This document shows positions 28,298 through 37,951 of a stretch of 56,113 bases of DNA, piece after piece; position 1 is the stretch's first letter, and the number at the start of each line of letters is the position of its first letter. The position numbers and the translations under genes were made by a program. The notes under the pieces were generated by a model. The model was not told the origin of the DNA, ran no database searches, and was given only the letters and a program-made list of their open reading frames with translations. The stretch is from a virus (taxonomy: Duplodnaviria; Caudoviricetes): the IMG/VR virus record IMGVR_UViG_3300016722_000161, positions 1-56,113 of that record; one strand, 5' to 3'.

Positions 28298-29647
28298 TTA
28301 GATTTTTAAGTCTGCTTTGACTGCGTCTATAAGCGCGGACTGTGTTTTATCCTTTTTCCGCAGAGCCGCCATGATTTTCTCATCAATGGTGTCCTCGGCG
28401 ATGATGTGGTGAATGACCACCGTGTCAGCCGTCTGACCCTGTCTCCACAAACGGGCGTTGGTCTGCTGGTACAGTTCCAAGCTCCATGTCAGTCCGAACC
28501 ATATCAGCATGGAACCGCCCGACTGCAGGTTCAAACCATGCCCGGCGGATGCTGGATGAACGACCGCCACGGGGATGTCGCCGTTATTCCACCGCTTTAT
28601 AGAATCGGCGCTGTCCAGCTTTTCCACCTTGAAGCGTTTTTGTATACGCTCAAGGTCGTGCTTGAACCAGTAGGCTACCAGCACGGGCTTGCCGTTGGCG
28701 GCTTCTATTAAATCCTCCAGCGCGTCCAGCTTTCGGTCGTGTACCGCTATGACCTTACCATCTTCGCCGTAAACCGCACCGTTCGCCATCTGCGTCAGTT
28801 TATTGGACAGCCCCACGGCATTGATGGCGTCGATGTCCTGTCCGTCAAGGCTTAGAATCAAATCGTCCTTTAGTGTCTGGTAACATTCCATCTCTTTTTC
28901 ACAGAGCCGAACGGGAACTTCGTTTATAACGCATTCCGGCATCTTGAGGTAGTCGGTGGATTTCATGCTTATGGTGATATCCGACACAAGGCGGTATATC
29001 GCTTCCCCCGCACCCGGCTTCGGCTTGTAGCTGAACACAATCTGCTGATTGCGCTTGTCAGGAATGAAATAGTCGCTGCGGAAATGAGTAATGAACCGTC
29101 CGAGACGTTTGCCCATATCCAGCAGCCGGAACTCCGCCCATAAATCCATAAGACCGTTGGAGGACGGCGTTCCCGTCAGCCCGACCACGCGCTTCACCTT
29201 CGGCCGCACCGACGAAAGGCTTCTGAAGCGTTTTGCCTGATAGGACTTGAAGGACGATAGCTCATCGACCACCAGCATATCGTAGTCGAAGGGCAGGCCG
29301 CTTTTGGTGACCAGCCATTCCACATTTTCACGGTTGATGATGTAAATGTCCGTTTTTTTCAGGAGAGCCGCTTTGCGCTGAACCTCACTGCCGATCACTG
29401 TGGAATATGTCAGCCCGTGCAGATGCTCCCATTTCTCAAACTCCGCAGGCCATGTATCTCTGGCAACTCTCAAGGGAGCCACGACCAGAACCTTGTGGAT
29501 TTCAAAGCTGTCAAACAGCAGGTCGTTTATGGCGGTCAGTGTGATGACGCTCTTACCAAGTCCACAGTCAAGGAATATGGCGGCTATATCGTGATTTTCA
29601 ATATACTCGGTGGTGTATTTCTGATAATCATGTGCCTCGTATCTCAT
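28298..29647 (-). CDS. SNF2-family helicase
   Basis: LDCGLGKS, VVDELS, LTGTP, GHGLNLQ, QTNARLWRQGQ. Confidence 0.92.
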   Translation of the reverse strand: MRYEAHDYQKYTTEYIENHDIAAIFLDCGLGKSVITLTAINDLLFDSFEIHKVLVVAPLRVARDTWPAEFEKWEHLHGLTYSTVIGSEVQRKAALLKKTDIYIINRENVEWLVTKSGLPFDYDMLVVDELSSFKSYQAKRFRSLSSVRPKVKRVVGLTGTPSSNGLMDLWAEFRLLDMGKRLGRFITHFRSDYFIPDKRNQQIVFSYKPKPGAGEAIYRLVSDITISMKSTDYLKMPECVINEVPVRLCEKEMECYQTLKDDLILSLDGQDIDAINAVGLSNKLTQMANGAVYGEDGKVIAVHDRKLDALEDLIEAANGKPVLVAYWFKHDLERIQKRFKVEKLDSADSIKRWNNGDIPVAVVHPASAGHGLNLQSGGSMLIWFGLTWSLELYQQTNARLWRQGQTADTVVIHHIIAEDTIDEKIMAALRKKDKTQSALIDAVKADLKI

Positions 29648-29909
29648 CGAGTATCCCTCCAATCTGTTCTATACCGTCAATGCAGAATACCGAAAAGCCA
29701 AGTGTCTCTAACTGCTTTTTTCGCTTTTCCTGCAAGGGACGCAGCTTCTTGCCCGGTGCCTTCAGTTCCACAAACGCCAGCTTCCCATCAGTGAGAAGTA
29801 CAAGGCGGTCGGGAAAGCCGTCATAATTAGCCGATGATATTTTCAGCGCGATGCCGCCCATGCTTTTTACCGCTTTTGCGAGTTTTGCTTCTACTGTTTT
29901 TTCTCTCAT
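29628..29909 (-). CDS. VRR-NUC nuclease
   Basis: GFPDRLVL...FVELKAPG..LRPLQ. Confidence 0.92.
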   Translation of the reverse strand: MREKTVEAKLAKAVKSMGGIALKISSANYDGFPDRLVLLTDGKLAFVELKAPGKKLRPLQEKRKKQLETLGFSVFCIDGIEQIGGILDEIRGT

Positions 29910-29941
29910 ATTCCGCGCCTCCATAATGCGAATTTCATATT

Positions 29942-30041
29942 GGGTGAGGGTCTATGAGGGTCATTTCATAAAACTCTCTTTAGACTAATTTTTTTACTCC
30001 TAAAGGGACTTTTAGTATTTGACCCTCATCGACCCTCACCC
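29942..30041. repeat. 22-bp inverted repeat around an AT-rich spacer; candidate replication origin
   Basis: GGGTGAGGGTCTATGAGGGTCA (29942-29963) / TGACCCTCATCGACCCTCACCC (30020-30041), one mismatch. Confidence 0.7.
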
Positions 30042-32315
30042 TCAGTTCAAGAAGTCCTCAAAATCACCGTCGTCAACCTTCAGTTGAAGCCCGGTAATGA
30101 AACTCCTGCCCTTGGGCTTGATTTTCTTAAAGCCCGCATTCTCAATGGCTGCGTAGAAATCCGTGGTGCTGCGTACAAACTCATTCGTTTCGGCACAGTA
30201 ATTCCGATATGCGACATAGAGGTCGCTGGACTTTTCCCGAAAGTTGCCGCCAAGCTCACATTTATCCTCAAGGAAGTGACCGAGCCAGTCGTTTTCCCGT
30301 TTATACGCCTCGATTGCGTCGCTAACGCACTTCGGGAGCGGGATTTTGAAGTCGATGTCGATAACCTTTTTCGCGCCTTCGATTACCCATGCGAGAATGC
30401 TTTCGCCTGCGTTGGCATAAAGGTACTCGGCGTAATTCTTGATATCGCCTTCGCCCTCAATCTTGGCGTTGAACGGAATGACAATCAGCCTGCGCCAGAT
30501 TCCGGCGTCTGAAGCGCCCACCTTCGGAAGGTGGTTTGTGTAAAGAACCAGAGTATGACAGGGTGTAAAGCTGAATGGATCTTTGTACTTTTTTTCGGCG
30601 AATACATCGTCCGTAGAACATAACTGCTTTACGACCGAGTTGTTCAGGCGTGTACCTTCCTGCAACTCCGCTGCAATCAACAGACGTTTGCCATTGACCT
30701 CCGCCATCTCAGGCTTGATATTTCTGCGACACCCTACGGTGAGGGCATCGGCGGAGATGTTTCCGCTGTATAGGCCCATTACGCGAGATATGATATTCCA
30801 GAAGGTAGATTTGCCGTTGCGCCCGTCGCCATAGGCAATTATAAGGGCTTCCAAAAACACCTTGCCGATAGCCGCAAGACCGCATACCATTTGTACATAG
30901 TCAATAAGCGTTTGGTCACCGTCGAAAATGAGGTTAATAGTGTCCTGCCACAGCTTCTCGCCTTTATAACCGGGTGAAACGGAGGTGATTTTCGTGATAT
31001 AGTCCTCGGGCGAGTGTTCTCTGGCACCTGCCATACCTTTGCGAAGATCATAGGTGGCGGCAGGCGTACACAGAAGGAAACAGTCAGTATCAAGGTCTCG
31101 CGGCGAGATTTCCAGCATCGGATGTGCTTCCCGTAGCGCCGCTGTGATATTTTTCGATTCTCGGCGCTTTATGGCAAAGGACTGATATGCTTTTGCGGCA
31201 AGGAAGGCGGCGTAGGCTTCGGCCTGCTCATCATTGAACAGCGACTCGGCCTTACTCTTGGAAGTGGTGTCCAATATTTCCTGTGCGCCGACCTCCGATA
31301 GCATTCTTGCGGCGGTCAGCAAGTCGCTGGTCGCTTCGTCCAATTGGCGTCTGGTGAGTTCCTGCGCGACAGCCTGTGCGCCGGGTTCGGTTTCCTGCCA
31401 GTAGTTTTCACTGTAGCGGATGTAGTGGGTAGCCGGAGAATACCGCAGTTCGCTGCCGAAATACTTTGACAGAACCGTGGCCTGTCCAACATCGGAGAAA
31501 TCTCCAGGCTTATACGAAACATCGGAGTTGTACACCTCCGGCGGCACATACCCGTCCTGCCGCTGTATGCGCTGATAAAAACTCCGTGCGCTGCGCCAGA
31601 TGATGGCAAGTTCCTGTGCGTCCAGCAACGGAGAGCATTTTGCGGCTTCATCGCAGAAGCATTGATGTGCCTCCTCGGTATTCCCGTACCGCTTAAGGAC
31701 GCGCCCGGCAAATCGTGACATAGTTGCATTCCGGCTTCCCTTGGCAATGACGCGGGGCTGACCGTTGTTCTCCATATCCGCATCGAAGTCATCTGCCTGC
31801 AAAAAGGCGGTCAGGTTCATTGTGTCGGAATGCAATTCGACCTCCGGTGCGACAGTACCAAAAAAGAATCGAGCGGCGTCAAGCGCCTGTGTGTCAAAGA
31901 ACGGAAAGATGCCGCAAACCAACTTTTTCATATCCGCATAAAGCCTTGCATCGGAAACGCGGTCGATGGGAAAGAGTACATGAAACTTGGGTCTTGCGGC
32001 TTTGCCGTTCTTTTCTTTCATGTTGTTGCGGCTGTAATGAACGACGAATTTAACGCCGGGAAAGGCGTCGGCAATGTCGGCGGGAGCGACCCAGTCAGAA
32101 GGGTCTTCCGAATGGTCGTTATCGCAGTCGACGGGAAGGCAGTCCGCACCGATGAAATTTGCTCCGCTGCGGTAGCTGTTCCGGTACTCAGCGCACACAT
32201 AGTCGCATCTGACCGCTTCTTTCAGCGCGTCTTCGTCCGTGACATTTATCTTATTCGGATACAGGCAGTTCCCGCGATTGCCGATACAGTCGGCACGATA
32301 TAGCGTGAACATCAT
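30042..32315 (-). CDS. Primase-helicase (P4/D5 family, PriCT domain)
   Basis: VDCD primase motif, GSRNATM PriCT, SF3 Walker A GDGRNGKS, IWRRLIVIPF. Confidence 0.92.
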   Translation of the reverse strand: MMFTLYRADCIGNRGNCLYPNKINVTDEDALKEAVRCDYVCAEYRNSYRSGANFIGADCLPVDCDNDHSEDPSDWVAPADIADAFPGVKFVVHYSRNNMKEKNGKAARPKFHVLFPIDRVSDARLYADMKKLVCGIFPFFDTQALDAARFFFGTVAPEVELHSDTMNLTAFLQADDFDADMENNGQPRVIAKGSRNATMSRFAGRVLKRYGNTEEAHQCFCDEAAKCSPLLDAQELAIIWRSARSFYQRIQRQDGYVPPEVYNSDVSYKPGDFSDVGQATVLSKYFGSELRYSPATHYIRYSENYWQETEPGAQAVAQELTRRQLDEATSDLLTAARMLSEVGAQEILDTTSKSKAESLFNDEQAEAYAAFLAAKAYQSFAIKRRESKNITAALREAHPMLEISPRDLDTDCFLLCTPAATYDLRKGMAGAREHSPEDYITKITSVSPGYKGEKLWQDTINLIFDGDQTLIDYVQMVCGLAAIGKVFLEALIIAYGDGRNGKSTFWNIISRVMGLYSGNISADALTVGCRRNIKPEMAEVNGKRLLIAAELQEGTRLNNSVVKQLCSTDDVFAEKKYKDPFSFTPCHTLVLYTNHLPKVGASDAGIWRRLIVIPFNAKIEGEGDIKNYAEYLYANAGESILAWVIEGAKKVIDIDFKIPLPKCVSDAIEAYKRENDWLGHFLEDKCELGGNFREKSSDLYVAYRNYCAETNEFVRSTTDFYAAIENAGFKKIKPKGRSFITGLQLKVDDGDFEDFLN

Positions 32316-32737
32316 TTTTGAACCTCCTCACAACTTTCGGTAAAATAGCGCAAGCGGTAATTTTTCCATCGGGCGCGTTTGATTTCCGCTTCCATACCAG
32401 CAGTGATGCGTTCGCCGAATACCCATACCTCGGAGCATTTGCTCATAAGAGCGTTGCCGAAGAACAGACCCAGCTTTCGCTCTGCGGGATCGGCGTCATT
32501 CATAAACTGCGGAAACAGGAGATGCGGTGCGACGGGGATATAACCTTTGTCTACCGCAAATCTGCTGTATCCCTGCGCGGACTTTACGTTGTTTTCCGTA
32601 TCTCCGGCATAAGGCGAGCAGATATACGCGATTGGTCTGAACGCCCGAAGTGCACGGTCTTCCTTTTCAATAACGGACATCGCTTCATAGGCGGTCGGGT
32701 CGTAATATCCCTCGGCGTTGTATTTGTCTATACTCAT
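32312..32737 (-). CDS. Conserved phage protein (nucleoside deoxyribosyltransferase-like fold)
   Basis: YICSPYAGD...APHLLFPQF...CSEVWVFG..TAGMEAEI. Confidence 0.75.
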   Translation of the reverse strand: MSIDKYNAEGYYDPTAYEAMSVIEKEDRALRAFRPIAYICSPYAGDTENNVKSAQGYSRFAVDKGYIPVAPHLLFPQFMNDADPAERKLGLFFGNALMSKCSEVWVFGERITAGMEAEIKRARWKNYRLRYFTESCEEVQK

Positions 32738-33507
32738 TCCGCATCCCTCTCAATCACGGGCAGAATGCCGCGCTTGCTTTTGAGCAGGTCGTAAAGGAAC
32801 AGTCTGCCTTTTTGAGTCCAGTAAGTGTGCATAACGCTTCGGTCGGCGTCGATGGCGTGGGTGCGGGACTGCGTATAGCCCTGATTGGCATAATCCTGAT
32901 ACAAAAGCCATGTTTCACGCAGTTTGTACTGGATACCGAGTTCATGAAGCAGCTTGTTAAACGCGCGGCCGCTCATGCCGTAGTCCTTGGCAATCTGCGT
33001 AACGGGTACAGTGTTCTTGTTTTGAAGAATGAGATCATAATAGCTGGCTTTCGGCTGCATCTCAGCAATTTGCTGTTCCTGAATCGCTGCCGTGAGCTGT
33101 AACAATTTTGTATGCTCGCGCTCCGCTTTGAGTTCCTGCAATGCGGCGATGAGGACATCCGGGTCAGCGAGCAGTTCGTCTGTGGCATAAACGCCGTACT
33201 TACGTATGGAAGGAATGACATCATGCGTAATCCAGCGTTTGAACGCCCGCGCCTGCGGCTTGCGGCTGCCGAGAATGAGCGTGTACAAGCCGGGTTCGTT
33301 TATGATATTTCCGTTGTCGTTCCCTCTGCTCAAGCCCTCAATTGAAATGAGGGCTTTCTCGTCCTCGTCCAAACGCTCCAAAGCCATTGTGGGATTGCCG
33401 AGTTCAAGCACCTTGCATACATCCGCCGCAACGAACCACGGCTCACCGTTTTTGTTTACTGTGCGCACATCGCAATTCTCGTAGCGATAAATTTGAATAG
33501 TGTTCAT
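32734..33507 (-). CDS. Antirepressor (Bro-N plus ANT/KilAC domains)
   Basis: GEPWFVAADVC, FKRWITHDVIPSIRKYG, TYWTQKGRLFLY. Confidence 0.92.
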   Translation of the reverse strand: MNTIQIYRYENCDVRTVNKNGEPWFVAADVCKVLELGNPTMALERLDEDEKALISIEGLSRGNDNGNIINEPGLYTLILGSRKPQARAFKRWITHDVIPSIRKYGVYATDELLADPDVLIAALQELKAEREHTKLLQLTAAIQEQQIAEMQPKASYYDLILQNKNTVPVTQIAKDYGMSGRAFNKLLHELGIQYKLRETWLLYQDYANQGYTQSRTHAIDADRSVMHTYWTQKGRLFLYDLLKSKRGILPVIERDAE

Positions 33508-33512
33508 AAAAA

Positions 33513-33584
33513 CCTCCAGTAAATTTGTTAGGGGTAAGACCCCTTCAAAACTCACTGGAGGGAAATGCGGGTTTTGAACGAAAA
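33513..33584 (-). promoter_or_regulatory. Repeated promoter/RBS-hairpin element, copy 2
   Basis: Minus strand TTTTCGTTCAA-N12-CCTCCAGTG...ACTGGAGG-N5-ATG. Confidence 0.7.
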
Positions 33585-33587
33585 GAA

Positions 33588-35570
33588 TCAATCTTTTTTA
33601 TAAAAATCCGTCTCATAACCGTCGGCGTGGAGTTTAAGCCCTTGAGCCCAAGGCGGAGTGCGGCTCATCTGTTTGCAGACCGCTTCAAGCGACATACGCC
33701 TGTCGGCTTCAATGACCAGCTCGTCGTGGATATGCATAGTGATAAAGCAATAGCGGAGCGTCTGTATTGCGTAGCAGAGAATATCGCGGGCTGTCGCCTG
33801 AACGATGTTTTCCACGATTTTGGGACCGTAACTTTCGATGCGCTCCCATTTTTTCGTACCGCCGACGCCTTCATAGGTGATGCAGTCACCGCCGAACCTG
33901 TTTTCTCCGATGCGCGGTTTCACATAGGCGAGCCGTCTGCCGGACGGAAGGATAATAAAAAGCATCCCGCTCTGATACGCAAAGCAGATGCCGTGTGTAT
34001 CGGTCGCGGTTTTTTCCTTCACAGCTTTCATCGCGGCGCGGTCGACGTCCCACCAGAAGCTCACGATGTTCGGATTTGACGAGCGCCAGGCCGACACGAG
34101 CGGAGGCAGCTCGTCTTCAGTCAGTCCCATGTCCAGAGCACCCATTGCTTTGAGCGCACCTACAGAGCCTCCGTAACCGAGTGCGAGTTCAGCGATTTTA
34201 CCTTTTTGCCGCAGATGCCCGTTCACACCGTGTTTCTCCACGGGGACGCGAAACATCTGAGATGCGGACGCACAGTAAATATCGCCGCCGCTTTCAAAAA
34301 CTTTCTGCCGCCACTTTTCATCTGCGAACCACGCAATGACACGGGCTTCGATTGCGGAAAAGTCCGCAACGATAAATTTTCGTCCGGGTTTCGGCACAAA
34401 GGCCGTGCGTATCAGTTCGGACAGCACCTCCGGCACGGAGTCGTAGAGCATTTCCAGCGCATCAAAATCGCCGCTGCGCACAAGACCACGCGCCTGGTCC
34501 AAGTCCGGCATATGATTCTGGGGCAGATTTTGCATTTGAATCAGTCTGCCAGCCCAGCGCCCGGTTCTGTTCGCACCATAAAACTGGAACATACCTCGAG
34601 CTCGTCCGTCGGCGCAAACCGCGTTTTCCATCGTCTGATATTTTTTCACCGAGGATTTTGCCAACTGCTGACGGAGCGTCAACACATCACGCAATTCCGG
34701 CGGCGCTGTTTTCAAGAGTTCCACTACCGCCTTTTTGCCGAGGGTATCCGTTTCCAGCCCCTGGTCGCAGAGCCACTGTTTCATTTGCATAACCGAATTG
34801 GGATTGTCCAGTTCGGTGAGGGTCTGAATCATATGTGTCAGCTCGGAGCGCGAGCGTGTATCCATTGCGACGGCTTCTCTGACGAGCGTCATATCCAGCG
34901 CCACGCCCCGGTCGTTTATTTCTTGGTCGAGGTGGTATTCGTCCCATATGGATTCCGGTACGGTAAACTTCGACAGCTTTTGTTGTATCGACATCTCCGT
35001 CTCGACGTCACGTTTGTTATATGATTTGAAAGTATCCCATTTTTCCTTGATGTGGATTGGCAGATTTCGTGTGCGCTGCCCGTTTGCGGCAGTGGGCTTG
35101 CAGGGTGCGCAGAAATACCGAATGAGGTCTTTGCCTTCGGTCAGCTTCTGCTTTTCAAGACCAAGCACTGCGCCAACGCCTTCCAGCGAGAGAGGCAGTC
35201 CCATATATGCCGACCACACCATCGTGCATCGCCACGCTTCCGGGGTGAGGTAATTGCCGACAGTATCCTGAGGAATGCTGTAACCTGTGTTATCGAGACA
35301 TCCGATATCCCGTAGATACCGGGAAAGGCAGACCCTCTCAAACTGTGCGTTGAACGCCCATTTGACCACGTCGTTATCCATAAGAGCTGTGAGAATGCAC
35401 TCTGGGATGCTTTCACCGTTTGCAATATCGACCACCTGTACTTCACCGCCGTCAACGGAATATCCGAACAGCAGAATTTCAAAATCCGGCGCTTCCGTAT
35501 AGCGGTAAACACCACATTTGGAGAGATCAATACTGCTGTAAGTCTCAATGTCTATACTGAGTGATTTCAT
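33588..35570 (-). CDS. polA: Phage DNA polymerase, family A, with 3'-5' exonuclease
   Basis: DIETYS exonuclease; RTGRW; ADFSAIEAR; RQKGKIAELALGYG; HIHDE. Confidence 0.93.
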   Translation of the reverse strand: MKSLSIDIETYSSIDLSKCGVYRYTEAPDFEILLFGYSVDGGEVQVVDIANGESIPECILTALMDNDVVKWAFNAQFERVCLSRYLRDIGCLDNTGYSIPQDTVGNYLTPEAWRCTMVWSAYMGLPLSLEGVGAVLGLEKQKLTEGKDLIRYFCAPCKPTAANGQRTRNLPIHIKEKWDTFKSYNKRDVETEMSIQQKLSKFTVPESIWDEYHLDQEINDRGVALDMTLVREAVAMDTRSRSELTHMIQTLTELDNPNSVMQMKQWLCDQGLETDTLGKKAVVELLKTAPPELRDVLTLRQQLAKSSVKKYQTMENAVCADGRARGMFQFYGANRTGRWAGRLIQMQNLPQNHMPDLDQARGLVRSGDFDALEMLYDSVPEVLSELIRTAFVPKPGRKFIVADFSAIEARVIAWFADEKWRQKVFESGGDIYCASASQMFRVPVEKHGVNGHLRQKGKIAELALGYGGSVGALKAMGALDMGLTEDELPPLVSAWRSSNPNIVSFWWDVDRAAMKAVKEKTATDTHGICFAYQSGMLFIILPSGRRLAYVKPRIGENRFGGDCITYEGVGGTKKWERIESYGPKIVENIVQATARDILCYAIQTLRYCFITMHIHDELVIEADRRMSLEAVCKQMSRTPPWAQGLKLHADGYETDFYKKD

Positions 35571-35640
35571 AAATCAACCGTCCTTTCATAAACCCATATA
35601 GGGTGGCAGATTGCTCCGCCACCCTTTTGGCATCTGGTGT

Positions 35641-36213
35641 TTAGGCGAGAAAATCCTCGTTTTCGTCGGTTGTGAAATCGGATTCAGCACTGGCTCTGCC
35701 GCCGAGTGGTTCGCCGTCGCGAATTTTCTGAAGATTGTTCAGTCCACAAGCGATGCCCTTGTTACCGTTGCTGTTAAAGGCGTAGAAGGAGATGCTCGCT
35801 CTGCCGTACACGCCGCTGTATACCTCGGAGCGGGTGAGAATCACGTTGCGGTCGGCGTCGACGACGCCGGGAGCGGTAACGGAGTTCGCGTTGATGAAAT
35901 AGGCGTTTGTGTAGGCGGGGTCATCCGGGCGTTCGGTATCACCATCGCGGAGCGGGGTCTTGATGGTGGCAAGAGGTGGCACGGACTTGCCGCTGCCTTT
36001 CAGTTTGGCTTCGCCCTCGTGGTATGCTGCTTCGATAGCCACTTTTATTTTCTGCACGGTGCGGGTATCGGTCTTGGGAATGATGAGACTGACCGAGAAC
36101 TTCGGTGTACCGCCATTGATGGACTTGGCCTCCCAGACGTTGGCGTAACTCCAACGGGTGTCGGTACCGGTGATAACCTTCATGGGATTACTTGCTTTTT
36201 CATTATTAGACAT
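35641..36213 (-). CDS. DUF2815 single-stranded DNA-binding protein
   Basis: RWSYANVWE, PLRDGD, VYSGVYGRAS, GIACGLNNLQ, acidic tail. Confidence 0.88.
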   Translation of the reverse strand: MSNNEKASNPMKVITGTDTRWSYANVWEAKSINGGTPKFSVSLIIPKTDTRTVQKIKVAIEAAYHEGEAKLKGSGKSVPPLATIKTPLRDGDTERPDDPAYTNAYFINANSVTAPGVVDADRNVILTRSEVYSGVYGRASISFYAFNSNGNKGIACGLNNLQKIRDGEPLGGRASAESDFTTDENEDFLA

Positions 36214-36214
36214 A

Positions 36215-37348
36215 TTATTTGTCCTCCTCATAATCATTAAAATCTTGTTTTGCCGTGTTGATTACCGGGCGTTTATCGCTCTCCGGCACGAGCGTCGGTT
36301 TGCCTTGTGGCTTTTCGATGTAACCGCTGAGGACTTCCTCAAAGCGTTTTTTACCGAGCAGCGAGGTCATGGCGGTAATGCCCAGAACCTTGCGCTCATA
36401 GGGATCGAAGCCAAACGCTGTAACGGTTTCAGCCACGACCGCTTCATTTGTATATTTGCGATTGGAACGACCTTCGACCAGCTTCCAGCCGTGCCATTCC
36501 TTGCCGCCGACCGCTGTCTGCAGTGCGTAGTCTTTGATGTCGTTTGCCCAGGAGACCAGTTCATCGACGCGGCCGAGGATTTCTTCAACGTCCTCATCGG
36601 TGAGCAGCGGCGGCAGTTGGAAGTCAAATTTAGCAAGTTCCAGATTGTATTCCGCACGCTTGCGGCAGTCGTGTTTCGCCTTGCAGAATTGGCACCAATC
36701 GCCGCATTTGTAATCGCCGCCACCGGCATAGGCGAGTTCGGCGGCGGGCTTCAACGTATCTTCCGCCCATTGGTACAAATCGTCCTTTGACAGCGTGAAG
36801 GTGCTGACATTGGCACGGCGCGGTTGATAGATGGTCATACTGACCGTGTCGATGTCGTAGATGCCGTCGAAGATTTCCAGTGCGCCGAGCGCGTATAACA
36901 TCATTTGAGGATTGTTTTCCGCCTCTACCAGAACGCCGAGTCCGTTTTTGTAGTCAATTATTCGGAGCGTCCCGTCAGTGATGATGATACAATCGGCTGT
37001 TCCGAAGCCGCTCTCAACCCAAGAAGAAAAGTTGACACGTTGCTCAATCAGCACAACCGGGTCAGCACAGGTCTGTTTTCCCGCTTCCACCAGTTCCAGC
37101 ACATAGGAGGCATAGCCGTTGGCACAGTCCTCCATTTCCTCGCTGTAATATAAAAGCATCTCCGTAGGGTCTTTCGCTTCTACACCGAGCGCCGATTTAA
37201 GCTTGAACTCACACAAGCTGTGCGCATCGGTGCCTTCTGCTGCATAGTCGCTGCCCTTGTCCTCATAACTCTCGCAGAGCCGCGCGGACGGCGGACAGTT
37301 CAGCCATCGGTGGGAAGATGAAGCGGATAGAAGTGCGTGGCTGCTCAT
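36215..37348 (-). CDS. DUF2800 Cas4-like exonuclease
   Basis: HALLSASSSHRWLNCP, FGTADC..IIDYK, CQFCKAKHDC. Confidence 0.88.
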   Translation of the reverse strand: MSSHALLSASSSHRWLNCPPSARLCESYEDKGSDYAAEGTDAHSLCEFKLKSALGVEAKDPTEMLLYYSEEMEDCANGYASYVLELVEAGKQTCADPVVLIEQRVNFSSWVESGFGTADCIIITDGTLRIIDYKNGLGVLVEAENNPQMMLYALGALEIFDGIYDIDTVSMTIYQPRRANVSTFTLSKDDLYQWAEDTLKPAAELAYAGGGDYKCGDWCQFCKAKHDCRKRAEYNLELAKFDFQLPPLLTDEDVEEILGRVDELVSWANDIKDYALQTAVGGKEWHGWKLVEGRSNRKYTNEAVVAETVTAFGFDPYERKVLGITAMTSLLGKKRFEEVLSGYIEKPQGKPTLVPESDKRPVINTAKQDFNDYEEDK

Positions 37349-37653
37349 GCCAGCACCTCCGCCTCTGCAAGCAGAGCCTTGTAGTTAGCCGGGTCGATTT
37401 CCGAAAGCTTGCTTGCGCCGTACTTCTGGAGCAGAGAGCGAATCTGAGCGGTGTGTCCGTTGCGGGACTTGTCCGCCATGACAGCTCTGACCGCTTCCAA
37501 GGTAAACACCGGTTCTGCGGTGGGATTGGAAATATTCGCAGGCTCGTCATTGCCGCTGAACATTTCGGTGAAAGAATCGGCGATGCCGATAATTGTCTCC
37601 GCGCATTTACGCAGTTCCGCAATTTCTGCGGTCAGTTCGCTCATTTTGCTCAT
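37345..37653 (-). CDS. Conserved small phage replication-module protein
   Basis: TLEAVRAVMADKSR.G...LLQKYGASKLSEIDP.NY.ALL. Confidence 0.8.
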   Translation of the reverse strand: MSKMSELTAEIAELRKCAETIIGIADSFTEMFSGNDEPANISNPTAEPVFTLEAVRAVMADKSRNGHTAQIRSLLQKYGASKLSEIDPANYKALLAEAEVLA

Positions 37654-37810
37654 CTGTTTTTCCTCCTTCCATTGATTGGCTCTGCCCGGCAAGTATTGAG
37701 AGTTTTTTTGCCAGACGCTTTGACACCACGCTGATAGCGGTAAGGACTCCGATTAACTCCTCATCCGGCACATTGCCGTGGGTGTCGTGTGTTTGAACGG
37801 TCTGATTCAT
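37607..37810 (-). CDS. Hypothetical 67-aa protein
   Basis: RBS AGGAGG 8 nt upstream; DEELIGVLTAISVVSKRLAKKL. Confidence 0.7.
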   Translation of the reverse strand: MNQTVQTHDTHGNVPDEELIGVLTAISVVSKRLAKKLSILAGQSQSMEGGKTDEQNERTDRRNCGTA

Positions 37811-37818
37811 TTCGTCTA

Positions 37819-37890
37819 CCTCCTGTCCGAGGGTGTATTGTTTTCCTCCCTCACTACCCACTGGAGGAAAGCGGTGGGTTTGAACGAAAA
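37819..37890 (-). promoter_or_regulatory. Repeated promoter/RBS-hairpin element, copy 3
   Basis: Minus strand TTTTCGTTCAA-N12-CCTCCAGTG...ACAGGAGG-N8-ATG. Confidence 0.7.
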
Positions 37891-37899
37891 AAATCAGAA

Positions 37900-37942
37900 A
37901 AAACATTTGCCCTTCAGTCGCCGTGTGACGACCGAAGGGCAA
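37900..37942 (-). terminator. Terminator after the sigma-like gene
   Basis: Minus strand TTGCCCTTCGGTCG...CGACTGAAGGGCAA followed by ATGTTTTTT. Confidence 0.65.
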
Positions 37943-37951
37943 GATGGATGA

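Noticed and set aside
36215-37348. CRISPR-Cas association of the Cas4-like gene
   Set aside because: No repeat-spacer array or other cas genes; this is the usual DUF2800-DUF2815-PolA replication context
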